Assembly: GCA_046563655.1 (NCBI GenBank)
Contig: CM102285.1
Span: 7,378,001-7,442,000, forward strand
Reading direction: 5' to 3'
Source of the DNA: Yuukianura sp. NJ FZ-2021
Lineage: Eukaryota
Length of the DNA: 64,000 nucleotides
Part shown: one piece after another, positions 36,601-50,154 of the stretch
How the letters are laid out: each line of letters begins with the position of its first letter
Numbering within the stretch: the first letter of the stretch is position 1
The notes under the pieces: generated by a model
Databases searched by the model: none
Told to the model about the DNA's origin: nothing
Seen by the model: only the letters and a program-made list of their open reading frames with translations
Translations under genes and position numbers: made by a program

Positions 36601-39600
36601 TTATTCCATTGTCGAAGAGTGGAAGAAGAGACTCGACGACTGGACAGTTCAACAGTATGAAAGGGAGAGAGAGAGAGAGATCAAGTGAGACTTTTGGAAA
36701 GATGTCAGAAAAGTAAACCCCCTCAAGGCACCCTCGAGACCTTGAAATTCCATTTTAACTAAAAAGGAATTCTGGTGTTTTTGAGAGAAGGGAGTGCAAT
36801 TACATTGCTGAAAGTGGAAACTTTTTATGCTTCCTTTTATCCTTTTGATAAAGAACGTGAGGCTGAAGAAAGAAACCCGGAATGAGCTGTTTGCTGTACT
36901 CTTAATTTTGTATTTTGTTTAGAACAATTATTTGAACGGTTCGGCTTTTTTAGACAAGGATTGTTCGTCTCCTCTGCTTGAAATTTCGCAGTCACCGCCA
37001 GTTCCAGCAGCAGAAAATGAAGATGATTTCGAATTGCCAAATCGAAACGAAACGTCGACGTCAAACCCTAAAGCAGATGACGACGTTTCCAGTCTACATG
37101 ATTTTGAAGACGACTTTGAGGATGATTTGGAAGTGGTTAGTGATGACGAAATTGGAGATGAATATGCGTCGTCTGATGCTGAAGAGACTTCTGCATCACA
37201 GACAAATGATGAAGCGCCTGATTACTACAATCGTCCATTCGATTTAGAAACGTTTCAGTTATGTCGACTGAAGGTAATCATTTCGTGAATATTGATATCA
37301 ACGACTTTTTTCCTTTTCTCACCATTGTTGTCTTTTATTTTCGTGTTTGATAATAATGTATTGTGTGGTTATTTTCAGAATTTACGTTTGGAGATGTATC
37401 CAAACATTACTGCAGTTCATGATGCTACGCAAAATGAAAGGTTGAGAGTGGCGCTGAACACATATGTTCCTCCTATCGCTGAAACTGAAGTAGAAGAATG
37501 GGTGGGAATGTTGGAAGACGTTTTGCCTACGTTGTCGGCGTACCTACGCGGCATTCCTCAAGATCATGTGGAAGGTATGACATTGTAATATTCAAAGTAA
37601 AGCTGCGCTAATGTTCATTCATGCATAAATTGAACGTTAATATAATTATATGTGTAATAGGCACATTCGACACCTTACTGTTTTGGGTGAAACGGAGTTT
37701 TCAACTGGAATCTACTACCTCTTCAGAATCGGTTACCAGGTCTTTGCGTCAGTTGAAAGTTGCGCTAAAACTGGTATTCGTTTTATGCGAATTTAATCCA
37801 AACTTGAGTGTAAGAGTCAGTCAACTTATGTTGGACAGTCAAAACACAGTTCAAGAAAGGGTGACACATACACTACTTGACTCGAGAATTCCAGCCGTTC
37901 AGTGCCTTTGTATCAAAGTTATTGAAGCTACTTTGAATACGCAGACGGGTAAGCCGGCAGAGCGTTTAACACTATTTATGTGCTATGTGTGAACATTTTC
38001 TATAATTTCTACAACAAACGTATGAAAAACGTATTCGGTATATTGCAACTAAAGATTATATATGAATGGCCTATTACTCCTCTTTTCAGGATTCGAGTGC
38101 TTTGTAGCGAAGGAAGGATGCCAGCCAAGTATTTTTGAGCAGTTGCTCTCACGGATAATGGATTTGAAGTTGAATACTTTGGTGTATGCCAATATTGGTT
38201 CTATTTTTCATGCTGTGTCTCTCATTCCACTACTGATAGAACTGGGTGAACAAAATGATGGCGAAGTGGAAATGGAAGCAGTGCTGAACAACATGAAAGA
38301 AATTGTGGATGTGGTTCAAGAAATTGAGCGCAAGACGTTTTGTGCAAAGCGGTCTCCTTTGGCTACTAGTCTAAACACTGTTTCTCTGTATATGCCAGGT
38401 AACAATCATTGATTAATAATCAATGATTAATAAACTTATTAATTGTATTTATTTTACATTAAGTTATTTTTTAAAAAAATTAACATTTGATTTCACTCTG
38501 TAGCTCATGATCCCCGAACCAGTTTTGTCAAGTTGTTGCGCGAAACGTGTTTCCTTGATTCAAGCTATAAGTTGATGAGACGCGTTGGACCCAACCATAG
38601 TTACCAATTCGTTAGCCTACTTGTCACCATCCTTCAATCACTCCTCAAATGGGAAGTTGGAATTTTATTTCTCGCGGATGAAATCTCACTTGAATTCCTA
38701 CTTGCCATCAACGAGCCAGGACACTCACATTGCACGGACTTCGTCACATATTTTTGTCACTGCGCCACTGTAAGTCCAGAAGCGTAACACAAAATACTGG
38801 AGTTCTAGTAGTATTGGAAAAAGGAAATGTGTTTTTATCTGACTTTCTCTTCCAGGTCCTCAAGTGTATCGATTTGTGTCATGACACGGCTCAGCAGTTC
38901 TCCACGGACAACGCGGATGATTTAATTGATGGTTTGATGGAGACATTTCTTTTACTCTCTTCTAACCTTGGGAGGTTAGCAGTTACTCGAATGTACACAA
39001 CTGGTAATTTTATTGAGGGACTCCTGAATTGTATCAAGTATTCCTCTACGACGGAGGACAAAACTCAAGAACTTGAAAAAACTGCTACTGGAGGCTACGC
39101 AGTCGAAATTTTAGTACATGTTATACGTACTGCAGATAATTTGCCATTCCTCTCAGAAGTAAGTTTAAGTTTCGTTGGTTTGACATTCAAGATGCATCGT
39201 TCTCTCAGTTTCACTAACCGAACTCTCTTACTGTATATTCAAAGCACGGGAATAGAATCTCCAGACTCTATGATTCTATCGGCGAAGACTTCGAAGGCCA
39301 CACGAAGTTGACTGAAGTCATAGGATTCATCCGACCAACCTTGGATTCAACTTGTTGTACTTTTGAAGGGGTGGCTGACGTTTGTGAGAAACTTAAGGTG
39401 GCCACGGAAGAGTCGTTGTTCAAATCTACTGTCTTAAATTGGGGCATTCCTCCTGAAATAGTTACGAGGTTGCGGATTTTGGATAGTCTCGGTACGAAAC
39501 AAATATCTTTAAATGCATGTAATAATTTTGGAGTTTAAATTACAAAAGAGAATGCTGACCTGCCTTACGTTGTATTTTAGCCATACACTCAAATACTATT

Positions 39601-42600
39601 CAGAACAAACTTTCTGAAGTTACTGGAGATGTTAACGCTGGAAGAGTTCGAGAAGGGGCAGCAATGTCTTACCGACTTGCCTCGAAGTGTGCTCTAGTCC
39701 AAATAAATTCTGAGGACATCCTGACTACTCTCGCCGAAATCCTAAGGAAAGTTACAACAGAGTACAAGCATCCAGCTGTCAATGCACACACGTTCTTATT
39801 CTCCAAGGGAGAAGCTATCGCCGCTCTTCTCCTCCCAACAGTTCGACTGATTCGCACACTGTTGACTGAAATTATTTCCATCCGGAATACAAGTAAGTTT
39901 TTCGATTCTACTCATTTACGATGTTTATCTTAATTCAAAGTTCAAAAGGAATTTGATTTTTTAGTGTACTAGTTTTTATGCTGTGCAGCAATTCAATTTT
40001 GTGTTTGTATTTTTAGGTTTTCGTGATTTGACACTGGTACCCTTGTTATTGCAAACATTTTTGTTGGCGGACAGTTATCCGCAATCATCAACCGCAGTTC
40101 AAATGATTGCGAAAATTAAGGTGCACATAGTTGCTAGTCTCCAGACGTACACAATCCCGGTTATAAAAATGGGGGACGACGCTGAGGACGAATTGGTTAA
40201 CAGCGCGTGGACCAGGATGATGTCGGAACTCATTTCGTAAAACCCGAACTCGAACTATATTGCATCATCAAGCATTTACATAAGCTAGAATTTTTTTAAA
40301 TCAAAACTGCTTTCTAGATTTACTATGACGTCACCTTCAAACTTTGTCTCGGGCTTGAAAATATTCTCCGAACTTCAGCCTCTAAAGCTTCCTTTGGTGG
40401 CCGACAAGGAATTATCGGATGCAGAGAAGGTGCGGTTGACCAGCTCAAGGAAACTGTGGAGTGCATTCTTGCATGGAGTGACTGCCCCGCTCCAAGAGGT
40501 ATTCAACAAGTCGAATACTTTTATATTTTTTAAGTGACTACTGAAGGTTAAGTAGGTTTATTGCCTAAGTATATAATTCAGAGTTTAATGTCTAATATTA
40601 TTTTTTCTGTACATTTTGGGTTTCAGATGATTGGAGTGCTTTGTGAATCAACAAATCGTGAACTGCAAGTACTGTTAAAAAAAGTTTGCGAACAAATTGC
40701 CGACTTAAGCGGACCGTCCTGCCTTGTGGTGTGTCGCAGCATCATGGAACCGATTTTAAACTCAATCGAGGCAGATTTAGAAGAAAAAGTAACAGCATCA
40801 CCAGTTATTTCCTCTCAAGGTACTGCTACAGTCTCTAGAGGAAACAACAGTGCTGTGACAGCATGGGTGGAAGGTTCTGTTGATCGCAGGAGTGTTCAAT
40901 GCTCTATCCGAACAGTCAGACTTTTGCGATTCTTCAACGGCCTTCTTCGGAACTCAGGCGTTATTAAGGCGGGAGTCATCCAAGTACTAAGATGTGCCTT
41001 CAAAGTTGATGAGAAATTCTCAGACTTTCTGACCCTCCTTGCATCAGTCCTTACCACATGTCCATCGGACAAAGGACTGAAACTAAATTCATTGCAAACC
41101 AAGGTAGGGCAGTTTTATAAACAATTTCCGAAGTTATACATGTTATACATGCTAAATATAATCTGTACGCATGTTTGGATTTTGTATTTATAGGGTCAGG
41201 ATTTAGTGATGTCGATCTTCCATACAATGTGTAATCTGAAAGTGAACATATTTGGAAATGCAAAGGGGATTGTAGATGAAGATTACTTGAAATCTAACAG
41301 TTTACCGCCAAAGGAAGCCATGTCTATCATCTGCACCAGTTTGATCTCATTCCTGTGTTCACAGGAAACTGTTTTGGGAAACGTGGGTGTGATTCGTAAA
41401 ATATTTTTCTCCATCAATCTCCTCATTGATACTGAATATGGATTTTATCATCTAAGGATGTAAGTACCTAATATTCAACGAAGTTTTTATATTTCGTCTG
41501 CGAATTCACAAATAGTTATTAGCTAACTATTTTTGTTAAATTATTTTTTGATTTATTTGAACAGAGCACTTTCTAAGAATCCCACCGTAATTTCTGATTT
41601 GGTTCAGAAGTTGAGCAGAAAAGACGTGGAGAACTTGGATATTGTGGGCGTAATGGAATCGCTGGAAGTTGTTGATGGACTGCTATCTCTTTTACACAAG
41701 CTTATCATGCCACAGAAGGTAAGTTCTCTCTTATGTTGTATTCTTATGTTGAAGCTAGTACCAGTTTAACTTTGCATTTAGTTGTCCCCAACTAAACATG
41801 AATACGGATGTATCGGAGAACGTAAGACAATTCTGAGTAAGACCGAAGTCCGGAAACTGCTAGGTTGGACATCTCCAGAAGCAATGCAAAACCATCCGCT
41901 CGTTCAACTGTGCATGCGCTTCCGCGTGTGTATTACCAGGGATCACGACTATGGTACTGGAGGAAGAGGTGAGTTAATACAGTAATTTATAATTTAGTTT
42001 TGGTGGTCATAGTTCAAACTTATGAATTAAATTGAAACCCGAATCAGGGAGCGAGGAGCAGCAACATTTGAAAACTTACTTACGGGAAGCCAGGGAGAAG
42101 TTGGATAAGATTCTTTTCTACGTCAACGCTGTAGGAAACGATTCTCAAGGAATAATGAATGAGGTGACTCTATCGCCCGCAGAATCACTGCAAGAGCAGT
42201 TCGGACGACGGTCCGTCCGAACTCCCTGCCAATTTGAAGATGCAGGCAAAAAACTTCAGTATTTGGCGAGTATCGGACAGTGCGAAGAAAGTGAACATGA
42301 ATTGTCGATGGAAGACTTGGTGCGTTCATAAGTTATGGAAAACTTAGTGCTGTTGCGCATTTTTTGACTGGCTCATTATTTAATTTCAGGTATTTCGAGA
42401 TTTAATGGCAACGGTACATGATTTTTCTAACGAATCAGAAACTGAATTTCTGAATGAGCTGAATAAATTTTGTAACGCGAATAAAGAATCGTGCATCGAC
42501 GAGAAATCAGAAGAAAGGAATGATGATTCCCAAGGAGGAAAAACCACGCTTACCAGTAATAATACTGCATCGCAGCACTCAACCGTGTCGAGTTTGTCTT

Positions 42601-43616
42601 CTCCCATTGTGAAGAGTGTTTTCGCCAGAGGATCCGGTGTGACTGGAAGGTTAGTGTCACTTACAACTTATCGAAATGATTGGGTACGAATTTTTGTTCC
42701 AAAGAAGTCGAATTTTTTCACTTTGTAAATTACTTGGTTGACGATTGACCTGCTCGTTATAGACGGTTTTGAGGTTATAATTTATAAATATTTTAAGTTG
42801 AAAAAGTGACTTATAAATGTTCAAAAAACACAAGCACCAGCCTAGGGGTAGGGCAGGTTGGCAGAGATTTAAGAAAGTTTGAGTATAACTGAAGGTAAAA
42901 TATTTCATATTCATAATTTTGTTAGGCTCGGATTTGGGAGAGGATTGCTGAGCACCCGTCCCAACTTTGACCCGTTCCGATCACGCCCGCCCAATACTTC
43001 GCGTCCACCCTCTTTACATGTGGACGACTTCGTCGCAATGGAGTCTTCAAGTCAAGGCTCAAATGCGTCTAGTCGCGGACGAACTGGAAGCCAAGCTGAC
43101 GGGTTTCGTTTGCTAGGAAGGGGAGCACGGGGAGCGCCATCTCCTTTGTCAAGGTCTTTCAACGCACCAGAACGAACTGGGAGAGGGTATCGGCCCCCTG
43201 GTGGGACTTCAAACACATCATACTACCCAGCAAGGAATGAGCAACACAACCCTTCCCGTGGAAGGTAAACGTTACATCTTTTAAGGCTGAAGAATATTTG
43301 TTAGAATATTTGTTAACTTACATAAAATATTATTTGAAGACAACAACACAGAAGTCCTGGATATTCCGACGGAGGTGGAAGTGGAGATCGTTGGCAAATG
43401 CAGTCTGGAGGGAATGATGGTTCTCAGAGCTCAAACTATGGAAGAGGTGAACGTGACTCAAACTATGGCGACAGAAGGCACTATTGCAGCGGGGGGAATA
43501 GGGGGTATCGTGATCAGCGTGGTGGTGCTGGCGGCAGATCACCGGGGAATTCTTCAGGGTCGAATTCGTCTCAGCAACAACAGCGCTGGAGAAACGTTTC
43601 CAAAGGCAATCGCTAA
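33650..43616 (+). CDS. vir: Virilizer / VIRMA (m6A writer complex subunit), about 20+ exons; start codon tentative
   Basis: VIR_N-like LFFGSF..LDLVTF..PC.ITEIRVIPLG..TNPTNFEVELYY..L..P...F..I..F.YD..VVVRGIYNSITLAVIG. Helical middle exons. Diagnostic DPFRSRPPNTSRPPSLHVDDFVAME at ~42970-43040 and an RGG-rich tail ending at TAA 43616. Confidence 0.9.
35796..36514. mobile_element. hAT-type MITE in a virilizer intron
   Basis: TIR CAG(G/A)CATCCGGAAT, 8-bp TSD ATTACGCG, subterminal TCAGCTACCGA palindromic repeats. Confidence 0.9.
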
Positions 43617-44402
43617 GTGAAAACTAGGTGAACGTTTTACTGATATAGCTCAGCGGAAAAGTTCATCTCAACTATCAAACCGACTGTAATGTCTTTAAGG
43701 ATGATGAAGCCAGCCACTAATACATGGCTGGCCATCACAATTAGTAGACCAAACATTTTTTTTCTGCTATCATCTCACTGATCTCAGACTTTTTTTTAAG
43801 AGACGTCGGCATTTGCAACGTCTCGCTACTTCACATTAATTTTAAGTTGTCTTAAAGCTTAAAAATGTAACTTGTGTTAAATCGTAGGAGAACGAATTCT
43901 CTGACCAGCTCTGACCTATTCTGACTGACTATAAGACTATAATACGCAGTCGTAGCAGATGGGTTTTCAGAGCATCCGGATAATCCCCTCGTCGGTCCAA
44001 TGAGACTAGGGCAGTAGGGCTGAGTTTTTTTTTTCTGTGGTAAAAGGACTCTCCGCTTTAAGGATGAAACGCATCCCCCGTAACCACAACGTGTTACCAA
44101 TATCGCCAGACTTTTTATTTGGTTTTAATGAAACGAATTGAACTGAATGTTGTGTAAAAAATTAAGAATGCGTGGACCAATTTTATACATTCTGCTTTCC
44201 CTTGACTTCTGGAAGAAAGAAGGGCAGACCCTTATCCTAACAATCTAGTAAGCCACTAGCAGTTTATTAAGTAGCGGAAGTTACGCTATTGTTTGACGTG
44301 ATCATCTATCCGACCTTTGGCCGTATATCGCAGAAAAGACTCCACACTTCCGGGACTGTTTTCACTAGTGAACACCGGCATTCATGTAAACCTTGAGTTA
44401 TC

Positions 44403-44910
44403 CAGAGGGGTATCAGGAGACGTTTTTTTCGATTTAAGAAATCGAAAAAATTTGCTATCGCGCCGTCAGGCGCGAGAGAATTTTCGATTTATGCACTTAA
44501 AAATCGTATGGGGAAGCGCCAGTTGCATAAAATCAGCAAAAAAAAAATCACGCCGCTGTGTGCGACGAATTTTTGGAATTTGGGGCCCCGAAAATATGGA
44601 TTGGGAACCGCAGTAAAACTAGCGAACTATCACGCCGTAAGGCGCGAGAAAATTTTCGATTTCGGCTCGAAAATATCGTGTCGGAGGCCCTGGAACTTGC
44701 GAAAAATGTTGTTTGGAACGACCAGGCAATTAATTATTTTTACATTCGCAAAACTCTGACAGGGGATGCAAATTAGGGGTTCGCATTTGAAAATCAAGAA
44801 AATTAAGCCATTTACGCCGTAGGCGCAAAAAAATTTCGAGTTTCAGAGTTAAAAACTCACTTACCGGGGACCCAAAGCCTTGATTCGTCCTGGTTTTGGG
44901 GGTCCTTATA
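44403..44910. repeat. Repetitive element fragment with spaced CGCCG(T..)GGCGCG mini-hairpins
   Basis: Motif recurs at ~44460, 44550, 44632 and 44815. Related hairpins occur in the 35.8-kb MITE. Ends are not defined. Confidence 0.4.
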
Positions 44911-47199
44911 TGCATTCATGGTGGGTGACCTGGAACCGGAGAGGGTACGAAGTGGCTCGTGTCTCCCATCGTATCACCCATCACCTTGACAAGCCAGGGT
45001 GGACCTATTACGCCATACTTACAGCCTCTGCCCGGATTGTGAGATGTGGGTTCGATTCCCACTTGGGTCCATAATTTTTCTGGCTTGACCTAAACCTAAC
45101 CTAACTTTATTCTTGTTATGTACATCTTCCAAATCTGCCGACATGTTATTCTACAGTGTCAGTCAAATCTGTGATGACACGCACTGATGCTTTAAGGCAC
45201 TTTTGGAACCTTTCCCATGTCTTACAGCCAAGCATTTTTGGTTCCAAGATTGAAAACTGCCGTGTTCGAGCAAAAGCAAAAGAATAGAATAACAGTAACC
45301 ATGAAAAGCTAGAACATACTCTAAAATACAGGAATGATTTGGTTTTACTACCAAAGGGTTATTGCCCTTGACAATGGAAATATAATTTCTTAATTTTCAA
45401 GACATTGTGAAACGGTCACAAAAATTAAGCACACCAGAAAGGATTACGACTTACTACTGGCGACGTGACGTATTTATACGGTTGGAACAACCAACCAACG
45501 AAATAACCAAAACCAGGAGTATAAAAGTAGCGGTTTTACATAGAAATCTATGTGAACTAAAATAACTAGAGAAATAGACCAGTTTTGTTCGGATATAGCC
45601 TATGCTTTACAGACTGCAAAAGGCGACGAAGTCAATAGCGCACTTTTCCTCGAAATGAAAATGTAAGTTCTTGGAGTTTAGGTGTAATTTGGAGGAAACA
45701 GATGAACTTCATTACATCCCCACATCGTTTGTCGAGTGAGACTACTACTGACACGTTTTCTCCTGAAATGATGGGTTAGGAGTTTGAGAACTCCCTTTTC
45801 TTTTTGCAGCGACTAGACGCATGAAACGGCACTCATGTTGAACACTTGTCAGAATCCACTCAGGTAGAGTTTCAATAGCATTTGGAGTAGTACCAAATTT
45901 TGTAGTCAAGGACGAGCCCTTTTTATATGGATATTTTATTTAAAATTAAATTTTCATATAGTATCCCAGCCAGAAATCGGAAGTTAAAACAACGTTTTAT
46001 TTGTGTTACCAAGTAACGTTGCGCTAATGTGATTTGTGGCCGCGCTTTCCACGTGAAATTAATGTTGAGAGTGTGAGAAAACATAACGTTGCATTTTGGT
46101 AGCGAAAGTGAAAAAAAAAGAACACCCAGCTTAGAGGTTCGTACCCTCTCCTTATCTCCCTTCTCTTTCTCCTACTCCTATGCCCTGCACCACCTCTCCA
46201 AACTCACATTCTTGGATTCTCCTAATCTGTTTCTCATAGTCATGCCGCTGCAACTGGATTGTGGGAGCGACGTGAAAAAGGAGTGAAATTAACGTTGCGA
46301 CTCCGAAACGTTAAAATCACGTTATATATCTGTTATTTTCTTATTATCGCTAACAGTTGTAAACTGCTGCGTTATAAACTCGTTATAAACACGAATAGTA
46401 TCAACGTGATTTTCACTTAGTAATCCAAGGTTGAAAAAATGTTGTAAATACAAAGTTCCCTAACAATTTACAACATCACACATTTTTCACATTGCCAATG
46501 TTAAATAAACGTGAATTTAAATTTCGTTTCTGGTTGGGATGTCCCATTCGTAATTGCGGGAAACTGCATTTTTTCTTGATTGTCTGCAAATACTCTCTTC
46601 AAGAGGGATGGTAAGAAAGATGAAGTTTTGATGGGGTTAGATTGATGGGCTCGCTGTGGCCAAGGAAAAGTTGCACTGTACGTCACATTCAAGTGGTTAA
46701 ATTCTCACATCTCCGCTCTCAAGTGGGGGAGATTCCAATTTTAGCTCGAAGTTTCTAATTAAGGGCCGGCGGCGAGTTTAATCTTGGTGCGAGATATCGA
46801 TTTTGGCGAGGAATGTTGCTTGTAATAGTGATAGTTTCCTGATGGTTGTAATCGCTTAATTGTTATACCACTCATGGGACTGACGCTAGAGACTGTGTTG
46901 ACCTTTGGTACGGTCATTAGCGGTAGTGTCTACGGGCACACAATTCTGATCCAAAGCTGATGTAATTCACCGATTTCCCATGCGGGAGATTGGAAGGTAA
47001 ACGGGTTGGGTTTTGTGTCATGTACTCATTACTGAAATTATAAGTTAGTTTTTTAACAGTCTAGGGGAGTTGCACAAAATGGAATGAGTAATTGAGTTAT
47101 GAATTCTTACATCCGAACATGTAATCTAAACTGTTGGATACGGGCCCGATCTTAGACATTGCTGCAAAGAATGGTTTCTTGTTGAGATTGTTGTATTTG

Positions 47200-48700
47200 G
47201 CCGAAGAAAAAAAAATCCAGCGAAACGTGGTGCACGCAGATTATAATGCCATCCAATGGATTTGGTTGATTATGTCGCAGGATTTCCTCAACAGTTTTGT
47301 CGGACAGGCAGTCACTGTGGCCAGTGCAGTGAATCTGCCTCTTTTCTCTGTTATGTTTCTGGTGCGCCAGTTGGGCTACCTTCGCATGGTTCTCTTCCGT
47401 TATTGTAGTCCGTTATGCTGAGGACAAGATCTTTGCAATTTGCAAATAATATGCTCTCGATTTATGAAGCACTTGGATGCTGTTTGTTTTTTTAGAGTGC
47501 AGTTATTTCTATTATTTGCGTGGAATTGCCAGGAGTTGCTAACAACAGTTGCAGCATTATTGAGAATAAGCATACACCCGTCACCTAGTTGGAAATAGAA
47601 TGTAACGTTCCTGTTACAAGGGATGAATTCTTGTTCCAGCAAAATCTGCGTGAAGAGCGTTCCAACGCTTGTGATTATGTATGAATTACATTCAATAGTG
47701 CCATTCCGATTACACATCACTGGTTCCGTTTGCAAAAGGAAATAAGATAATATCCTGCTGCATGGTTTCAATTGTAACACATCTTCTGCCATGCTGGCCC
47801 CAAATTTATTGTCTCTCAATAGAATCCAGCCGATAACGTTGGGTTGTTTATTTTCAGTAAGGTAAGTTGCCATGTCGAATGTCATCTGTTGGTTAATGCA
47901 CGTTACAGGTTACCCTAACCCACCTAACCTCATGGTTGGTCAGTTTCTTGTACATAATATTCTCATTCCTAGATTAAGCCTCCAATCAATTCCAATATAC
48001 TGTTGCTTTTGGCTCTCAGGAATCTGGCTGTAACTTGCTCCTAAAACTTAGAGGACTGATGATGTTGACCTAGTTGGGCTGTTAAGGTCGCCTGTGTCTC
48101 TTGTAATTGACGCAAAGCAACTTGTAACTTCGCCAAAGTTGTCTCTTCTTCATCCAGAAGTCTTGCAACCTGTCCCCATCTGAAGCCCACAATATGAAAT
48201 CGAGGACATGGCATGTATACTCATTGAATGCTCTGGACATGAGAGACTATTGTGATTTATCAACAGGCATGCTGTTTCTGCTATTCGTTTAATTCTGTAG
48301 ACTTTGAAGAGATGGCTAGGCCAATTGACCACCCATTTCCGAATGGCGGGGTATAACGAATCCGAGTAAAGGCAACTGGTTTCTAACGTGTCTAATTTTG
48401 TCAATGCGTAAGGCATGCCGCTGCTAATGTAAGCTGTGCCTTCCACGGTCAACTTGCCACCTTAAATCGTTTCAAAGTAATTCAGGTTGAGTTCCTTGTC
48501 GGTTATTGTTAGGCTCAGATTGGAGACGCCATAACCCATGATAACCCAATCACTTGTTTATCTCGGAACTTCACAGATTAACGATTTTTGGTCATTCGCA
48601 ACCTTTGACACGAGCGGAAGCCACTGCCAGTGACTCCCATGTGGCAAAACGGAGGCCACTGTTAGCGACTCATATGTTGAATGCATGAAACGCACTTTTT
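47200..48700 (-). pseudogene. Degraded env-like glycoprotein, probable class III (gB/chuvirus-like) fusogen
   Basis: Cys-rich fragments TSCLYSDS...VVNWPSH, LSCPE..SYCG and GASMAEDVLQLKPC..CN...EFIPC with N-glycosylation sequons, stops and frameshifts. It lies directly downstream of an LTR+PBS. Confidence 0.5.
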
Positions 48701-48771
48701 AGGCACATTTTCCACAATTGTTACTCACCGTATCTTCCTTGACCTTTGGTGACCTCCAGGTCGCTGGATCT

Positions 48772-49201
48772 GCTCACAAACGGTCGCCATGTGTAACGCC
48801 CTACGACGCTAAACAACTGAAAAAACCTCCACCAGACTACTCCTCTGAGTCTGCAGACTCCAGATCCAAATGACCACTGACCAATCACCAGAACACACAA
48901 CACATCGGCGTATAAATATATATGTATATTTATTAAGTCGATCAAATAAATATACTGAAAAACAACTGCTAAATACTAAACATAACTGGAGATCTCCGAT
49001 CTCCCCAAAACCCAATCCACAACTAAACTATAATACAAAACTCAACTCTCTCTCTAACCACACCGTAACTCAAATCTCCCGCGGCTCATCTCCACCTAAC
49101 CTAACTAATCGCCGGAGTAGCAGACACCAACATCTTCCGTAGATGTAGCGTTTTAGGGGGCACTTGTCTAGTTCGCATGGATTTACAACTTGTCCGTTAC
49201 A
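48772..49201 (-). mobile_element. Gypsy-type 5' LTR (48792-49201) with canonical tRNA PBS
   Basis: 7-bp terminal IR TGTAACG/CGTTACA. On the minus strand it is followed by CA-TGGCGACCGT and a GGTGAGT splice donor at ~48724-48730. Confidence 0.75.
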
Positions 49202-49789
49202 ACCTAACCAGATAATTTCCAGCAGCACGTCCACTCGGTATGCTCGTTCCCTCCGTGGTACCGTCTTGTTTTAATAATTAGATTCAAAGCGTGATTTCGT
49301 TCCTCTTCCGGTTTTGGTTCGCCCCCACTGTCGGCTTTGGTATACAGAAGAAATTGTAAGATACAAACTCGCTGTGATTGGTTATTTCAGGAAGTGAAAG
49401 GACGCAGATACCGTAAATTTTCAAAAAGCAACGAGCCGTGCACATATTTATTGATTTGATTTGTAATTTAGACCCTTAGCCAGTTTTCTCGTTTTTTTCT
49501 AAAACAATTAACAATTGTTTCTTGTTTGACATAATACCACGATTGACAAAGCATTTCTACCCCTTCAGAAAGTTTCACATCACATTTGACGAACTTTGAC
49601 GAACGATATGTAAATTATTTAACGATATGTAACCAATGGGTTGTGACACCAACGCGTCTGGAATTACATGGCAACTCCAGGTAATCCATTAAGGGCTTCA
49701 CACAAATCAACACTAAGTTAGTGTTACATTATAGAACCCGGTGTCCGTTATATACAGTGTAATCCTTATGATGTATGTCAGTCACGTTA

Positions 49790-50120
49790 AGTGCCTGGGT
49801 TAGATTGAGAAGAACCCCGCCTACTCCATGACGTCGCTGCGATAACCCATAGCAAATTGCATAGCTATATCTCCAGTCTCATTGACCTTCCAACTAAAGG
49901 TAAAATTGGAAATTTCCTCCCATTTCCGAAAAGGAGATTCAAAAGGGTCTAAGACATCTTGCAGAACCAAGAGGGCCGTAATGTCTTCTTTAATATTCCA
50001 AGTCAAATTGGTAGTTCCCCATTTCCGATCCAGAACTTGCCTCCGACGTTGCATTGGGTACTCCATCCCCTCATGGCAGCGGATGGAGTTGCGGATGGAT
50101 CTCGGCGTTCTCATAACCTA
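49790..50120 (-). pseudogene. Matrix metalloproteinase N-terminal fragment
   Basis: MRTPR(C>S) cysteine-switch remnant, basic RRR site, KW...NLTW, F..W..IS...F, GDI...FA.G..D. Truncated at the adjacent LTR. Confidence 0.55.
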
Positions 50121-50154
50121 GCACATTAGCCAAAGTTGTTGTACAGATCATCAC

